Both the position numbers and the translations under genes were made by a program. Under the pieces are notes generated by a model. The model ran no database searches and was not told the DNA's origin. It worked only from the letters and a program-made list of their open reading frames with translations. Shown here in pieces: positions 10,898 to 20,241 of a stretch of 64,000 nucleotides of DNA. Source of the DNA: Candidatus Bathyarchaeota archaeon (GTDB lineage Archaea > Thermoproteota > Bathyarchaeia > Bathyarchaeales > Bathycorpusculaceae). The stretch spans positions 128,001 through 192,000 of the forward strand of contig CAVYXJ010000009.1 in NCBI GenBank assembly GCA_963772455.1, read 5' to 3'. The stretch's first letter is position 1; every line of letters begins with the position of its first letter.

Positions 10898-11548
10898 TTA
10901 GCGTAGGTACTTGAGAAACCAATCGATTGAGACTTTTGCAACTTCTTCAAGTGTGCCTTGTTCCTCAAAAAGATGCGTTGCGTCTGGAATAATTACTATT
11001 TTCTTTTCAGATTTCATTTGATTCATTGCTTGGCGATTAAGTTCTATCACTTCAATATCTAAACCACCTACTATAAGTAAGGTTGGGGTAACTACGTTTG
11101 AGAGGTATTTGCCTGCAAGATCTGGGCGTCCTCCACGCGAAATGACAGCTGAAATCTCATTTGGAAGTTTTGCAGCAGCAATTAATGCTGCAGCTGCGCC
11201 TGTGCTTGCTCCAAAATACCCGAAGGCTAAGCGCTTTGTTTTAGGATCGTTTCTCAACCATTCCGTTGCCCCAATAAGGCGATCTGCTAGCAAAGGAATG
11301 TTGAAGCGATATTCAGCTGTTACTATGTCTGTTTCTTCTTCTTCTTGTGTAAGCAAATCAAATAGTAGAGTTCCGATCGCCGCTTTGTTGAATTCTTTTG
11401 CAACGTATTGGTTCCTAGTGCTGAATCTGCTGCTGCCGCTTCCATGTGCAAACAATACAACCCCTTTAACGGCAGGGGGTAGAGTCAAAGTTCCCTCGAT
11501 AACTACTTCGCCTACTGGAATTTTTAAGTCTATTTTGTTATGAATCAT
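10898..11548 (-). CDS. Alpha/beta hydrolase (dienelactone hydrolase-like)
   Basis: FAHGSGSSR, nucleophile elbow FGASTG, SRGGRPDL, ATHLFEE. Confidence 0.88.
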   Translation of the reverse strand: MIHNKIDLKIPVGEVVIEGTLTLPPAVKGVVLFAHGSGSSRFSTRNQYVAKEFNKAAIGTLLFDLLTQEEEETDIVTAEYRFNIPLLADRLIGATEWLRNDPKTKRLAFGYFGASTGAAAALIAAAKLPNEISAVISRGGRPDLAGKYLSNVVTPTLLIVGGLDIEVIELNRQAMNQMKSEKKIVIIPDATHLFEEQGTLEEVAKVSIDWFLKYLR

Positions 11549-12219
11549 ATAATCGCCTTGTTTTCATTTTTTTTGTTGATGTTTCGTTTGTTTTCTTGCA
11601 ACAAACCGATGACTTCTTCATCGGACGTTTGGCTAAAGTCCTTGTAAAATTCTCCTATTGCCTGGAAAAATTCAGGTGTGTAGAGGCATAAGACGCGGTT
11701 AGCCATTTTTTCAAGTTCGTTAATGGTTGAAGGTGGACCTACAGGAATTGCGACTGTTATACTGGCAGCCCCCCTATTTTTCACTGAAGACAAGGCCGCT
11801 TTCATCGTTGAGCCAGTCGCGATTCCATCATCAACAACTATGACATCAAGTCCCTTGAGATCTGGGTAGGATGTGTCTTGCCTGTACAATTTGAGCCTGC
11901 GTTTGATTTCCTGTTTTTGACGTTCAGTTTCTTCTATAACATATTCTCGATCAACACCCAAGTATTTAATTAAATTCTGGTCGAGAATAGTGGTTCCGTC
12001 TTCAGCTACAGCGCCGATAGCCAACTCGGGGTTATCGGGGGCACCAATTTTACGAGGAATAATTATGTCCAATGGCAAATTAAGGGCTTTAGAAATCATA
12101 TACCCAACAACTACCCCGCCTCTTGGAATTGCCAGAACCATACCTTTTTTTCCTGAAAAATTCTTCAAAGCAGATGCTAAACGTTTACCAGCATCAACTC
12201 GATCCACAAAAAAAGCCAT
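11545..12219 (-). CDS. Phosphoribosyltransferase-family protein
   Basis: F.DR..AG, AIPRGG, RKIGAP..PE.AIGA, PRPP loop VVDDGIATGST; likely start ATG 12219; commonly paired with the adjacent hydrolase. Confidence 0.88.
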   Translation of the reverse strand: MAFFVDRVDAGKRLASALKNFSGKKGMVLAIPRGGVVVGYMISKALNLPLDIIIPRKIGAPDNPELAIGAVAEDGTTILDQNLIKYLGVDREYVIEETERQKQEIKRRLKLYRQDTSYPDLKGLDVIVVDDGIATGSTMKAALSSVKNRGAASITVAIPVGPPSTINELEKMANRVLCLYTPEFFQAIGEFYKDFSQTSDEEVIGLLQENKRNINKKNENKAII

Positions 12220-12438
12220 GGTATATTCCTCAAAAAGTTGCCTGCTAAAATAATGAGCAACCTCCAATATAAAAATGGTTACCAACATCCTAAACACAAT
12301 TGGAATCACAGGTGCACTCAGTTAATCCAAACTCTTTCTTCAATCTCAAAGCTTTTTTTTGCTTGGTTGTTTGGGGGGTCTTGGATTAAGTTAAGGATTC
12401 TAAAGAGATAAGAAAAATTAATAGTGCTATCTATTGAG

Positions 12439-14844
12439 CTATTTCCGTTTGACTAATATCGCATTGTCTTTGTCGAACGAGTATTCGGCATATTTTTGTG
12501 TGTAGAATAGTCTTAGGTATTCTGCTGCAAAACGTGGTTGAAACGGCAAATCTTCAGGTAAAAGTTTTTCTTTCACTTTGAGGCGTTCTTCGATTGCTGC
12601 TTCTGCTATTGGATAATTTAACAGAAATTCTTTGCGCTCTTTATATGCCGATAAGGTTTGTATAGCCTCATTCATGTAGGATAAGTAGAGGGGCAAGTTT
12701 TCCATTACTTGGTTGACCTTGTAATTTGATGGGTTAGCAAGGATCTCAATTGCTTTGTTTAGGCGTTCCCGCAATGTAGAGTTTTTCTCCCACAAGTAAT
12801 CTTTGGTAGGCAGCAAGTGATCGATTACGTTTTCATCATTGATTAATTCAGTATACAACATAGCTAGTACGTCGTTAGCGATACCTAGTAATGATTGAAC
12901 ATCTGATTGTAAAGTGATGATATCCAAAATATCCAGTTTTTCTTTTTCAATCATTTTCTGAGCGTCAATTGTCATTTCTTCTGCTTTCTTTGCATAGCCA
13001 AGCACTTTAGGGGTATTTTCGCCAAAAACTACTGACAAATCTTCATTTTGAGTGCTTATGTTAGCAATTGGTGTTAGTGAATTTTGAAGGAGTTTCATAG
13101 ATGCTTGAATTTCTTGGCCATATTGACGTTTCCAATTATTGAGTGAACTGTATAATGCTTCGATGACAATCCAAGGTGCCTCTTTTGTCTTTAACTTTTC
13201 ATTTGCAAATTCTATTGCGCGGCATTTCTCAGGAAGAGTAGGGTCATATAGCGATCTTATGATTTTGTAGATTGGGTCAACTACTAAAATTGCTTCGAGC
13301 GCTAGAGCTCTTCCAGTATCTAAAACTTGCTTTATACGTTCTATTCTTTGTTCTAAGGTTATTTCTTGTTGAAAGGGTTCACTAATTATTGTTTTGATTG
13401 GCAACCCTGCATCTTTGAGTTTTCCTGCCCAATTTGAATATTCGCAAGTTGCTAGAATTTGATATTCAGACAGGATAACATTTAATTCAGTTTCTAAAGA
13501 TTCGATGTCTTTGTCTAGTTGGTTTAGTTGGTTAAATTTTTGGTCTAACTCTTCTTGTTCATACCTGTGTTTTTCAGCATTTTTCAATGTGTCTTCAAGT
13601 GAATCCTTGAGGACGAGCATTTTTCCTTGTGGCGTAGTTATAGTAACAGGAATGTTATTTTGTATATTATCAAGTTGTCCTTCGAAAATCAGAATTTTAT
13701 TTAGGAGGGTTTTAGTTTTTTCTTGAATCTCTTTGTTTGAAGATCTATTCTTGGGAGCGGAATCGATGAAAGCCACGGGCAAAGTAAAAGCAAGTGTGGC
13801 TAAAATACCTAAAACCATTGTTGTAGCACTAACGTCAGCTGTGAAAGCTAATGGAACTTGAAGGGCACTTAGAAGAATGAAGAACAAGGCTGCTGCAATG
13901 GTAACGGTAAATATTTGAAAAAGCCTGTCTCCCTTACCAATTAAGCCTTCCTTTACTAATGTTCTTGTAAAGAAGACAAGTGTTAAAGCAAGCCCCACGA
14001 CAATGACCACAAACATAAGTAAACCTGGAAGAGAATCCAGATACTGTGCCAATGCATCTTTGATTGTGCGTCCAGTCCAATCGGGAACCCAGGTAGTTTG
14101 ACCTGCAATTTCATAGAAAACGTTGGATATATCGAACAGTCGAACTTGAGTACCGGACAAGTTAAGGCTCTTAGAAATTGAGCTCAACGATACCAAAAGA
14201 GGTGGGCTTGACCCTGCTGCTACCCACCAATCAGTCCTAGCAATCTGAGTAACGACATCATTGTAATATTGCAAAATCTGTAGAGGCACAGAAATTAAAA
14301 CGTAATACACTATTGAAAGAACAACGTTCTTTTTGAAGTAAACCGCTGAAGCTAAAATCAGTGGAATAGCTAAAAAGTAAGTTGGAGCAAAAAATAGCAT
14401 CGTAACTGCTAATATGCCAAAATCAATGGCAAGTGCGCTCTTGTATCGGTTAGAAATGAGAGGCAGAACAATAAACAAAGTTAGCCAAATGGCGATAAAT
14501 GCAACTCGAATTGTTGTATCTCCAAGGAAGGAAATAAATCTTAATTGGGCCAAATGGAATAGTAACCCGATACCAATGATTGCGCCTCCTACTGGCATGC
14601 CCAAACGTGGACTCTTGAAAACGACAAATGCAACCAATACTGCAAGAAAAATTGGCACTGGTTGAGGGAAAATCGGCAAGAAGGACATTCCTAGAGCCAT
14701 GGCTACAGATGTTAACAGAAAAGTAACCATTTTTAGTGTTGAAGATTCAAGATTGCGTTCTTGCTCTTCGTTGTCTTTTCTTTTCTGTAAACTGGTTTTA
14801 ACCGAAGGGATAATGCCAGAAATTTTTAAGGAAGGTTTCTTCAC
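12439..14844 (-). CDS. Polytopic membrane protein (about 10 TM segments) with ~440-aa helical/coiled-coil C-terminal region
   Basis: Hydrophobic N-terminal ~360 aa followed by charged heptad-rich sequence (LDQKFNQLNQLDKDIESLETEL). Confidence 0.8.
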   Translation of the reverse strand: MKKPSLKISGIIPSVKTSLQKRKDNEEQERNLESSTLKMVTFLLTSVAMALGMSFLPIFPQPVPIFLAVLVAFVVFKSPRLGMPVGGAIIGIGLLFHLAQLRFISFLGDTTIRVAFIAIWLTLFIVLPLISNRYKSALAIDFGILAVTMLFFAPTYFLAIPLILASAVYFKKNVVLSIVYYVLISVPLQILQYYNDVVTQIARTDWWVAAGSSPPLLVSLSSISKSLNLSGTQVRLFDISNVFYEIAGQTTWVPDWTGRTIKDALAQYLDSLPGLLMFVVIVVGLALTLVFFTRTLVKEGLIGKGDRLFQIFTVTIAAALFFILLSALQVPLAFTADVSATTMVLGILATLAFTLPVAFIDSAPKNRSSNKEIQEKTKTLLNKILIFEGQLDNIQNNIPVTITTPQGKMLVLKDSLEDTLKNAEKHRYEQEELDQKFNQLNQLDKDIESLETELNVILSEYQILATCEYSNWAGKLKDAGLPIKTIISEPFQQEITLEQRIERIKQVLDTGRALALEAILVVDPIYKIIRSLYDPTLPEKCRAIEFANEKLKTKEAPWIVIEALYSSLNNWKRQYGQEIQASMKLLQNSLTPIANISTQNEDLSVVFGENTPKVLGYAKKAEEMTIDAQKMIEKEKLDILDIITLQSDVQSLLGIANDVLAMLYTELINDENVIDHLLPTKDYLWEKNSTLRERLNKAIEILANPSNYKVNQVMENLPLYLSYMNEAIQTLSAYKERKEFLLNYPIAEAAIEERLKVKEKLLPEDLPFQPRFAAEYLRLFYTQKYAEYSFDKDNAILVKRK

Positions 14845-14905
14845 GCAATCTACCTAAAACCTTATTTTAGGTAAACTCCTCTTAAAGCTTATGTAGGTAC
14901 CTCTG

Positions 14906-16282
14906 ATGAATGATGGTAAAGCAACGTTCAACGTACTAGCAAGCATAGAAAAACATATTGAAGGGTTAAAGCCGCTATTGCCAAAACAAGTCTTGGTTTG
15001 CATCGGCGAATATCCTATAAAAACAATCTTAAAGGAACCTATAATTACTAAAGATCTTGCTCTACCAATCTTAATTGAAAAGTCAAGCGATGAAATTTAT
15101 AAGTGGCTTCCAAAAGGCTACGATGCGCATTTTGTTTTAGGGCTTGAAGAAGAACGCATAGATACACATTTCTGGTACAATGTTTTACCCACTATTTCTA
15201 AAGATAATTCAGTTTTGGAGAGTTTGAAGAAGAAATCTTTTGAAAAAATCCATGGTGCAATAATTTTTTCTTCAGTTTGGGACGGAGTCGGTAGTGCATC
15301 GCTTCCAACATATATTAGAAAGTTCAAAGAATCTAATATTGATTCACTTTCTATAATGATTTTACCCTCGAAAATTCAGCCTAAAGATGCCCAATTCAAT
15401 GCTTGTGGTGCTTTAGAAACATGTTTAGCTACGGATGGGGCAACAGTTTTGCTTTTGGAAAGGGATCAAATTGATAGTTATGAGGGTGTTGATCGAAAAG
15501 GTGAACCAATTAAAGGCGATATAACTGCAAATTATCTTTTGAATCTGTTTTTGACCAAGAATTCTCTTGTTGAAGAAATTGCAGAGTTGTCAAGGACTTT
15601 TAATACCAAACTGTTTACTGCTTTGTTGGTTACTGGTTCAAGCTACAATATATTCGGTTCCTTTGGTAACATGTTAAACGCTGCGTTTCTAAAACCTTTC
15701 TTTACCTTTGATTTGCCAAACGCTCCTTTGATATACGTACTTTTGCGTATGCCTTTGATTATGAAAGATAAGGTTACAAGAAGCAAAATCGAGTCAACAA
15801 TAACAAATTTGTTTAAGGAAAAAACAAACCTTCAATCAATATACATAACTGAACCTATCTATACCCAAGACTTGACCGATAGGATAGATGCAGTCTTGTT
15901 TATAGGCGGTTTTGAAGCGACCAAGCTTCTGTCAGATATGGAGACAAAAGTAAAGTCTCTAAAGGATGATGCTGTTGGGAAAGGTTTCATTACAGAAGAT
16001 TGGAAAGTTGTTTCAAAAATTGAAAGTTCACCTAATATTGTCGATATTCTAAAAACCGTAGAGCCGACAAAAAATGATGAGTCTAAAATTGTAAATGAAG
16101 CAACAACGAATGAAGAGGAAATAAAAGTCGCTGATTCTGCGGGTTTAGAAGAGGCAAAAATTGTGGAGCAATCGATATTAAGTGATCAACCCAAAATTGC
16201 TGAAGAGCCAAAAATTACCGTACCAAAAAGAGTTCGTAGAACAAAGAAAACAATAACTAAAAACTTGGATGAAGAAAAATAG
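14906..16282 (+). CDS. Divergent FtsZ/CetZ/tubulin-fold protein with degenerate GTPase motifs and an acidic/basic disordered tail
   Basis: VLVCIGE (T1), GAIIFSSVWDGVGSASLP (T4, cf. GLGGGTGSG.AP), SIMILP..QP..AQFNA, VLLLERD (cf. DND), NAAFLKPFFTFDLPNA (cf. FtsZ SPLLDVDI.GA), RIDAVLFIGG. Confidence 0.65.
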   Translation: MNDGKATFNVLASIEKHIEGLKPLLPKQVLVCIGEYPIKTILKEPIITKDLALPILIEKSSDEIYKWLPKGYDAHFVLGLEEERIDTHFWYNVLPTISKDNSVLESLKKKSFEKIHGAIIFSSVWDGVGSASLPTYIRKFKESNIDSLSIMILPSKIQPKDAQFNACGALETCLATDGATVLLLERDQIDSYEGVDRKGEPIKGDITANYLLNLFLTKNSLVEEIAELSRTFNTKLFTALLVTGSSYNIFGSFGNMLNAAFLKPFFTFDLPNAPLIYVLLRMPLIMKDKVTRSKIESTITNLFKEKTNLQSIYITEPIYTQDLTDRIDAVLFIGGFEATKLLSDMETKVKSLKDDAVGKGFITEDWKVVSKIESSPNIVDILKTVEPTKNDESKIVNEATTNEEEIKVADSAGLEEAKIVEQSILSDQPKIAEEPKITVPKRVRRTKKTITKNLDEEK

Positions 16283-16322
16283 TTTATAGATAAAGGAGTA
16301 TAAAACTCCTTTTTAATTGAGC

Positions 16323-18996
16323 TTACTTTTTGTCGTTAGCGTTGTTATGGTTGTTTAATGCTTTAATGATGTTAGTAGCGTGCACTCCGTGTTCCAGTAG
16401 GAATGAGCGTGACAGATATCTTTCGAAGTCGCTGGATTTGCTATATAAGAGTTGCATTTCATCGTAGGATTCCAAGTCTTCCGATTTGGCTCGTCCGCCG
16501 ACTACCATGACTCGAGTTGTCCAGGCATCTCTTGATTCAACAACACGTACAGTGATTGTTCTTGAGACTTCGCTTGTTACGTATCCAGCTAATGCAGTGT
16601 ATACTTCCTGAGAGAGGTCTTCAGACCACATGTTTGGCGGTGTTGAGATGGTTACCCATATGTAATCGGTTTTGTATGTGTTTTTGAAACCCATAATGCT
16701 TGGTGTCTTGAAAGCTCGGATAACACTTTTCATGTAATCTTTAAAGTGGTCCATATCAAGGATTTGCTTGAAGATTACTTCGCGAGTCAATGTGTCTTCT
16801 TGCTCTGTAAGTATTTTGAAAATTATTTTGAGTTGTTCGCGTTCTGTTAAGTCTGCTGATTTCTCGAAGTAAGGCTTTTGTGAACCTATTTCAGCAATCT
16901 TTAGATTGTATTCATGGTGTAAATCAACAATCTTGTTTAATCGTTTGCGGTATTCAGAAACTAATTCGAACCGTTTGGCCAATTTTTCATAGAGTTTGAT
17001 TGTGCTGTCAACTTTGTTGAGATTCTCAAGCGCAAAAGATTCTTCTTGTTCAACTCGCTTAAGTTCTCGATCTATGTCCAGAAGTTGTTCTCGTGCATAG
17101 CGTTTTCCGCTAAGGAACTTTCTAAGTTGTCGTTCCATTTTAGTTTTGTCAAATTCTTTGCGTTTCTTTATCTCTTGAACTCTCATGACTTCGTTGTCGA
17201 AGTTTCCTCTTTTCTGCATACGCTGTGTTAAGATTTGGTTAATGTAGGTAAGGTGTTCATCGATCATTTTAGATTCGTCGGCTGGCGTTCTAAGCATAAG
17301 TTGAATTACTAGGTAGATTGTTCCGAGTTCTGTCTGGATAGCCTTTAAGTCTTCTAATTCGGCTTTGCATTCTGGGAGAACTTCGTAGTATCGTGTTAAT
17401 GCGTCTGTTAAGTATCTGGTTTCGTCGTAGAATTTGAGAATAGATAATGATTTTTCTGTTAGTTCAGCTATGTTCACAAGGTCTTCTATTACTTTCTTTT
17501 GTCTTAGAGTAAAGATTTGTGAGCTTGGAATAAGCTGGTTCAAGCGTTCAATGATTGTTGCTTTACGTTGTGGGAATTCTAGGTATGTTTTTTGTAGATT
17601 TGTTAGTAATATTTCTAGGTTATCGAGTTTTCTATTGCCATCTTTGCGTAGTGTTAGGTTTATAATTGATTCTTCGATTGGGCCAATTTTGCCCATTAGC
17701 TTTATGGTAGATAGGAATTTCATTATGTCGTTTAGCCAGTTTTTGACTTGTATCTCAGTTCCTTTTACATGTAATGTTGTGTCGTCTTCGAGTCGTGGGT
17801 TGCTAGTTATGATAGTTTTAAGTTTTTCTTCGAATTGTTCTTCATTGTAAGTGCCTGTTTTTATAAGATAGTTTTTGAAGAGATCTCTAGTAATTTCACT
17901 ATCCACTTTTATGACATTGTTAATTTCTTCAAGGATGTTCTAGTTTTTCTTTTCTTGAATCTTGTAGAAGTTGCATTCCTTCAAAGTTCAACTTGTATGC
18001 CATTATATAGTCTTCAACTGGATAGGTCACTTTTGTCATGCCCAAGGTATGCGATGAATTGTTGGTTAGACCTACTTCAGTTCCTATGCCACCTAGCAAG
18101 TCTGCCAAGTCAAAGTCCATTAAAACATACAGCAAGTCTACGACCATTTGATCCATTTCTTGTCTTGCACTTACAATGTTGCCAACTTTTGAGAATGCTG
18201 GTAGCAAAGGTAGGTAGACTAGGGCATTTATTGGGTTTCGGTAGATTTCTCCATAATTCTTAATGACATATTCGTTATAGTCTTTGTTTAACAATAGTGA
18301 AAGTTCGTTCATAGCCACGAAGGCTGAACAGCCTTTTGCCGGAGGATCATCTCCACCGCATGGAGTGATAACGAAAGCTATGATTGGCACACCTGAACCT
18401 AAAACTTTTCGCAGGTGTCTAGCAAAGTCGAAGAATAAACCGCTGCCTGTACCCCCGCCAAGTCCGTAAACCAAAGCTACTGTTGGGGTTACAATTGATG
18501 AAAGTGCCTGCTCTTTAAACGAGTTGATACAATTGCGAATTATACCTAGTTGGTAGTAGTTTAATGCATAGATTGCTTTTGCGAGTGCTCTTCTTCGGCC
18601 TGCGCCTCCAGCCATTGGTGGAATAGCCATTGTGGTTTGTAACCAAGGGACAAAGGTTTCGAGTTTTGAACCTTCACCGATTAAGTATTCTCCGTATTTT
18701 TGGTTGACGAAGTCGAACATTGCTTCGGCAGTGGGGAATTTGACTGATTGTGCGACTAAACGCATTCGTTCGCGTGGGATACCTGCTTTAATCATTGATT
18801 TGACTGTTTGCTCATATGCTTCTTGCAGGCTTCTGATTTCTGGGTCAGCTATGTCTATAGCTAAAAGAGAAAGACGTGTTAGGTCGTTTTCCATTAGTTC
18901 TTTGGTTTTCTTATTCGTTAAGAAAGATTCAACTATGTTTGTTCCTGCTGAACCAAGACCTATTAACTGAACGCTGTTTTGGTAGATTCGCGTATT
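16323..18996 (-). CDS. Tubulin/FtsZ-superfamily GTPase (Tubulin_2/FtsZl1-like), ~890 aa with a large internal coiled coil; split by a frame break at ~17935, start codon unresolved near 18995
   Basis: In-frame IGLGSAGTN (T1) upstream of the listed ORF, GGAGRRRALAK, signature YGLGGGTGSG, DFDLADL (T7-like); ORFs 17929-18894 and 16323-17906 join on removing one base (KLE-ILEEINNVIKVDSE). Confidence 0.8.
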
Positions 18997-18999
18997 CTA

Positions 19000-19953
19000 T
19001 CACATCCCAACTAATCTTTTTAATCTGTCTTTTACTGACTCAAGATTTGAGGACATTGCCCTATCGATTTTAGCGGCTCTGATTGTTATGCCTTCCAAGT
19101 CTTTAATTTGATCCTCAACTACAAGCTGGAAATAGCTAACTTTTCCACGTACTCTCAGGAACATGACCACAAATACAACTGCTAAAACAGCTAGCACCGC
19201 TATTACGGGTATAAAGAGCATTTCAGTTGATGAACTTACTGGTGGATTGGATGCATTGAGACTGTTTAAGAGAGCTGTTGCATCGCTAACATCACCTGCG
19301 TTAGCTATGGCTCTGGATGCGTTGAGAACGTTAGTGAAAATATCGATGTATCCTTGGGCAACTCCGCTTGATTTAAGTTCTTTCAGCTTTGTTTCTTGCT
19401 GGGAGTATAGGACATTAAAGTTGGCTAGACCTGCACTGGTTGCTTGGACTGTTACCTCGTCGAGAGCAGTTCCGCCTGAACCACCATATAAGCTAACAAC
19501 TTTAACAATTTGTGCAACAGTTGTGGTGCCGATTGGAACTTTTCCGTATAGAACCATGTCAAAGGTTCCAGCTGTCCATTTGAATGTTGTTGATTGTGAA
19601 GCTGGGTTGTATGAGGAGCCCATGTCATATCCTGAGGTTTGAAGTTCCCAGTATCCGCTGGGGTGAGATGTAGATTTTCCTAAGCTTGTTGCAAGTCTAA
19701 GTGTATCTGAGCCTAATGCAACAATGTTTATTGTGAATGTAACTTTAATGTCGGTCCCAGGTAATACTGGCGCCAAATTGTTAGTTGTGTTCGTTGAGGG
19801 GTTATATTGAACCAGAAGTTGCCCTGACGAATCTTCAATTGAATATGTCGTTATCCATTGTCCTTCACCAACAGCTTTGACTGGAGAAAAGGACATTATA
19901 ATCATGGTTGTTAAGATGAATAGTAGACTTAGAGCTAGAATTTTGTTTTTCAA
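19000..19953 (-). CDS. Exported single-pass membrane protein: signal peptide, beta-rich ectodomain, helical stalk, TM helix, short cytoplasmic coiled coil
   Basis: TTG start at 19953 after AAGGAG, hydrophobic leader ending VKA, S/T/G-rich domain, TM LFIPVIAVLAVLAVVFVVMFL; stop lies 3-4 nt before the tubulin-like reading frame. Confidence 0.8.
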   Translation of the reverse strand: MKNKILALSLLFILTTMIIMSFSPVKAVGEGQWITTYSIEDSSGQLLVQYNPSTNTTNNLAPVLPGTDIKVTFTINIVALGSDTLRLATSLGKSTSHPSGYWELQTSGYDMGSSYNPASQSTTFKWTAGTFDMVLYGKVPIGTTTVAQIVKVVSLYGGSGGTALDEVTVQATSAGLANFNVLYSQQETKLKELKSSGVAQGYIDIFTNVLNASRAIANAGDVSDATALLNSLNASNPPVSSSTEMLFIPVIAVLAVLAVVFVVMFLRVRGKVSYFQLVVEDQIKDLEGITIRAAKIDRAMSSNLESVKDRLKRLVGM

Positions 19954-20241
19954 TTTGGGACACTCCTTAACTTTTTTAGCTTTTAATGCATATAACATTT
20001 ACGCTATTCTAATATAGATTATTAAGAAAGCATGGATTTAACTTTTTTTGGTGCTTATTGGATTTTGCCTCTCTCTTAACAAATGTTTTTTGTATATTTG
20101 TTAAGTCCGCCTTGCAAAGTACAGTGATGGATTTCGGAAATAAGTTAACCTTTTGTATTAAGAAGCTTTAAACAAATTGATATTGAGCAGGACAAAGGAT
20201 AAGAGAATTCAAGAACCTTACATTGATAATAGTGTCTAATA

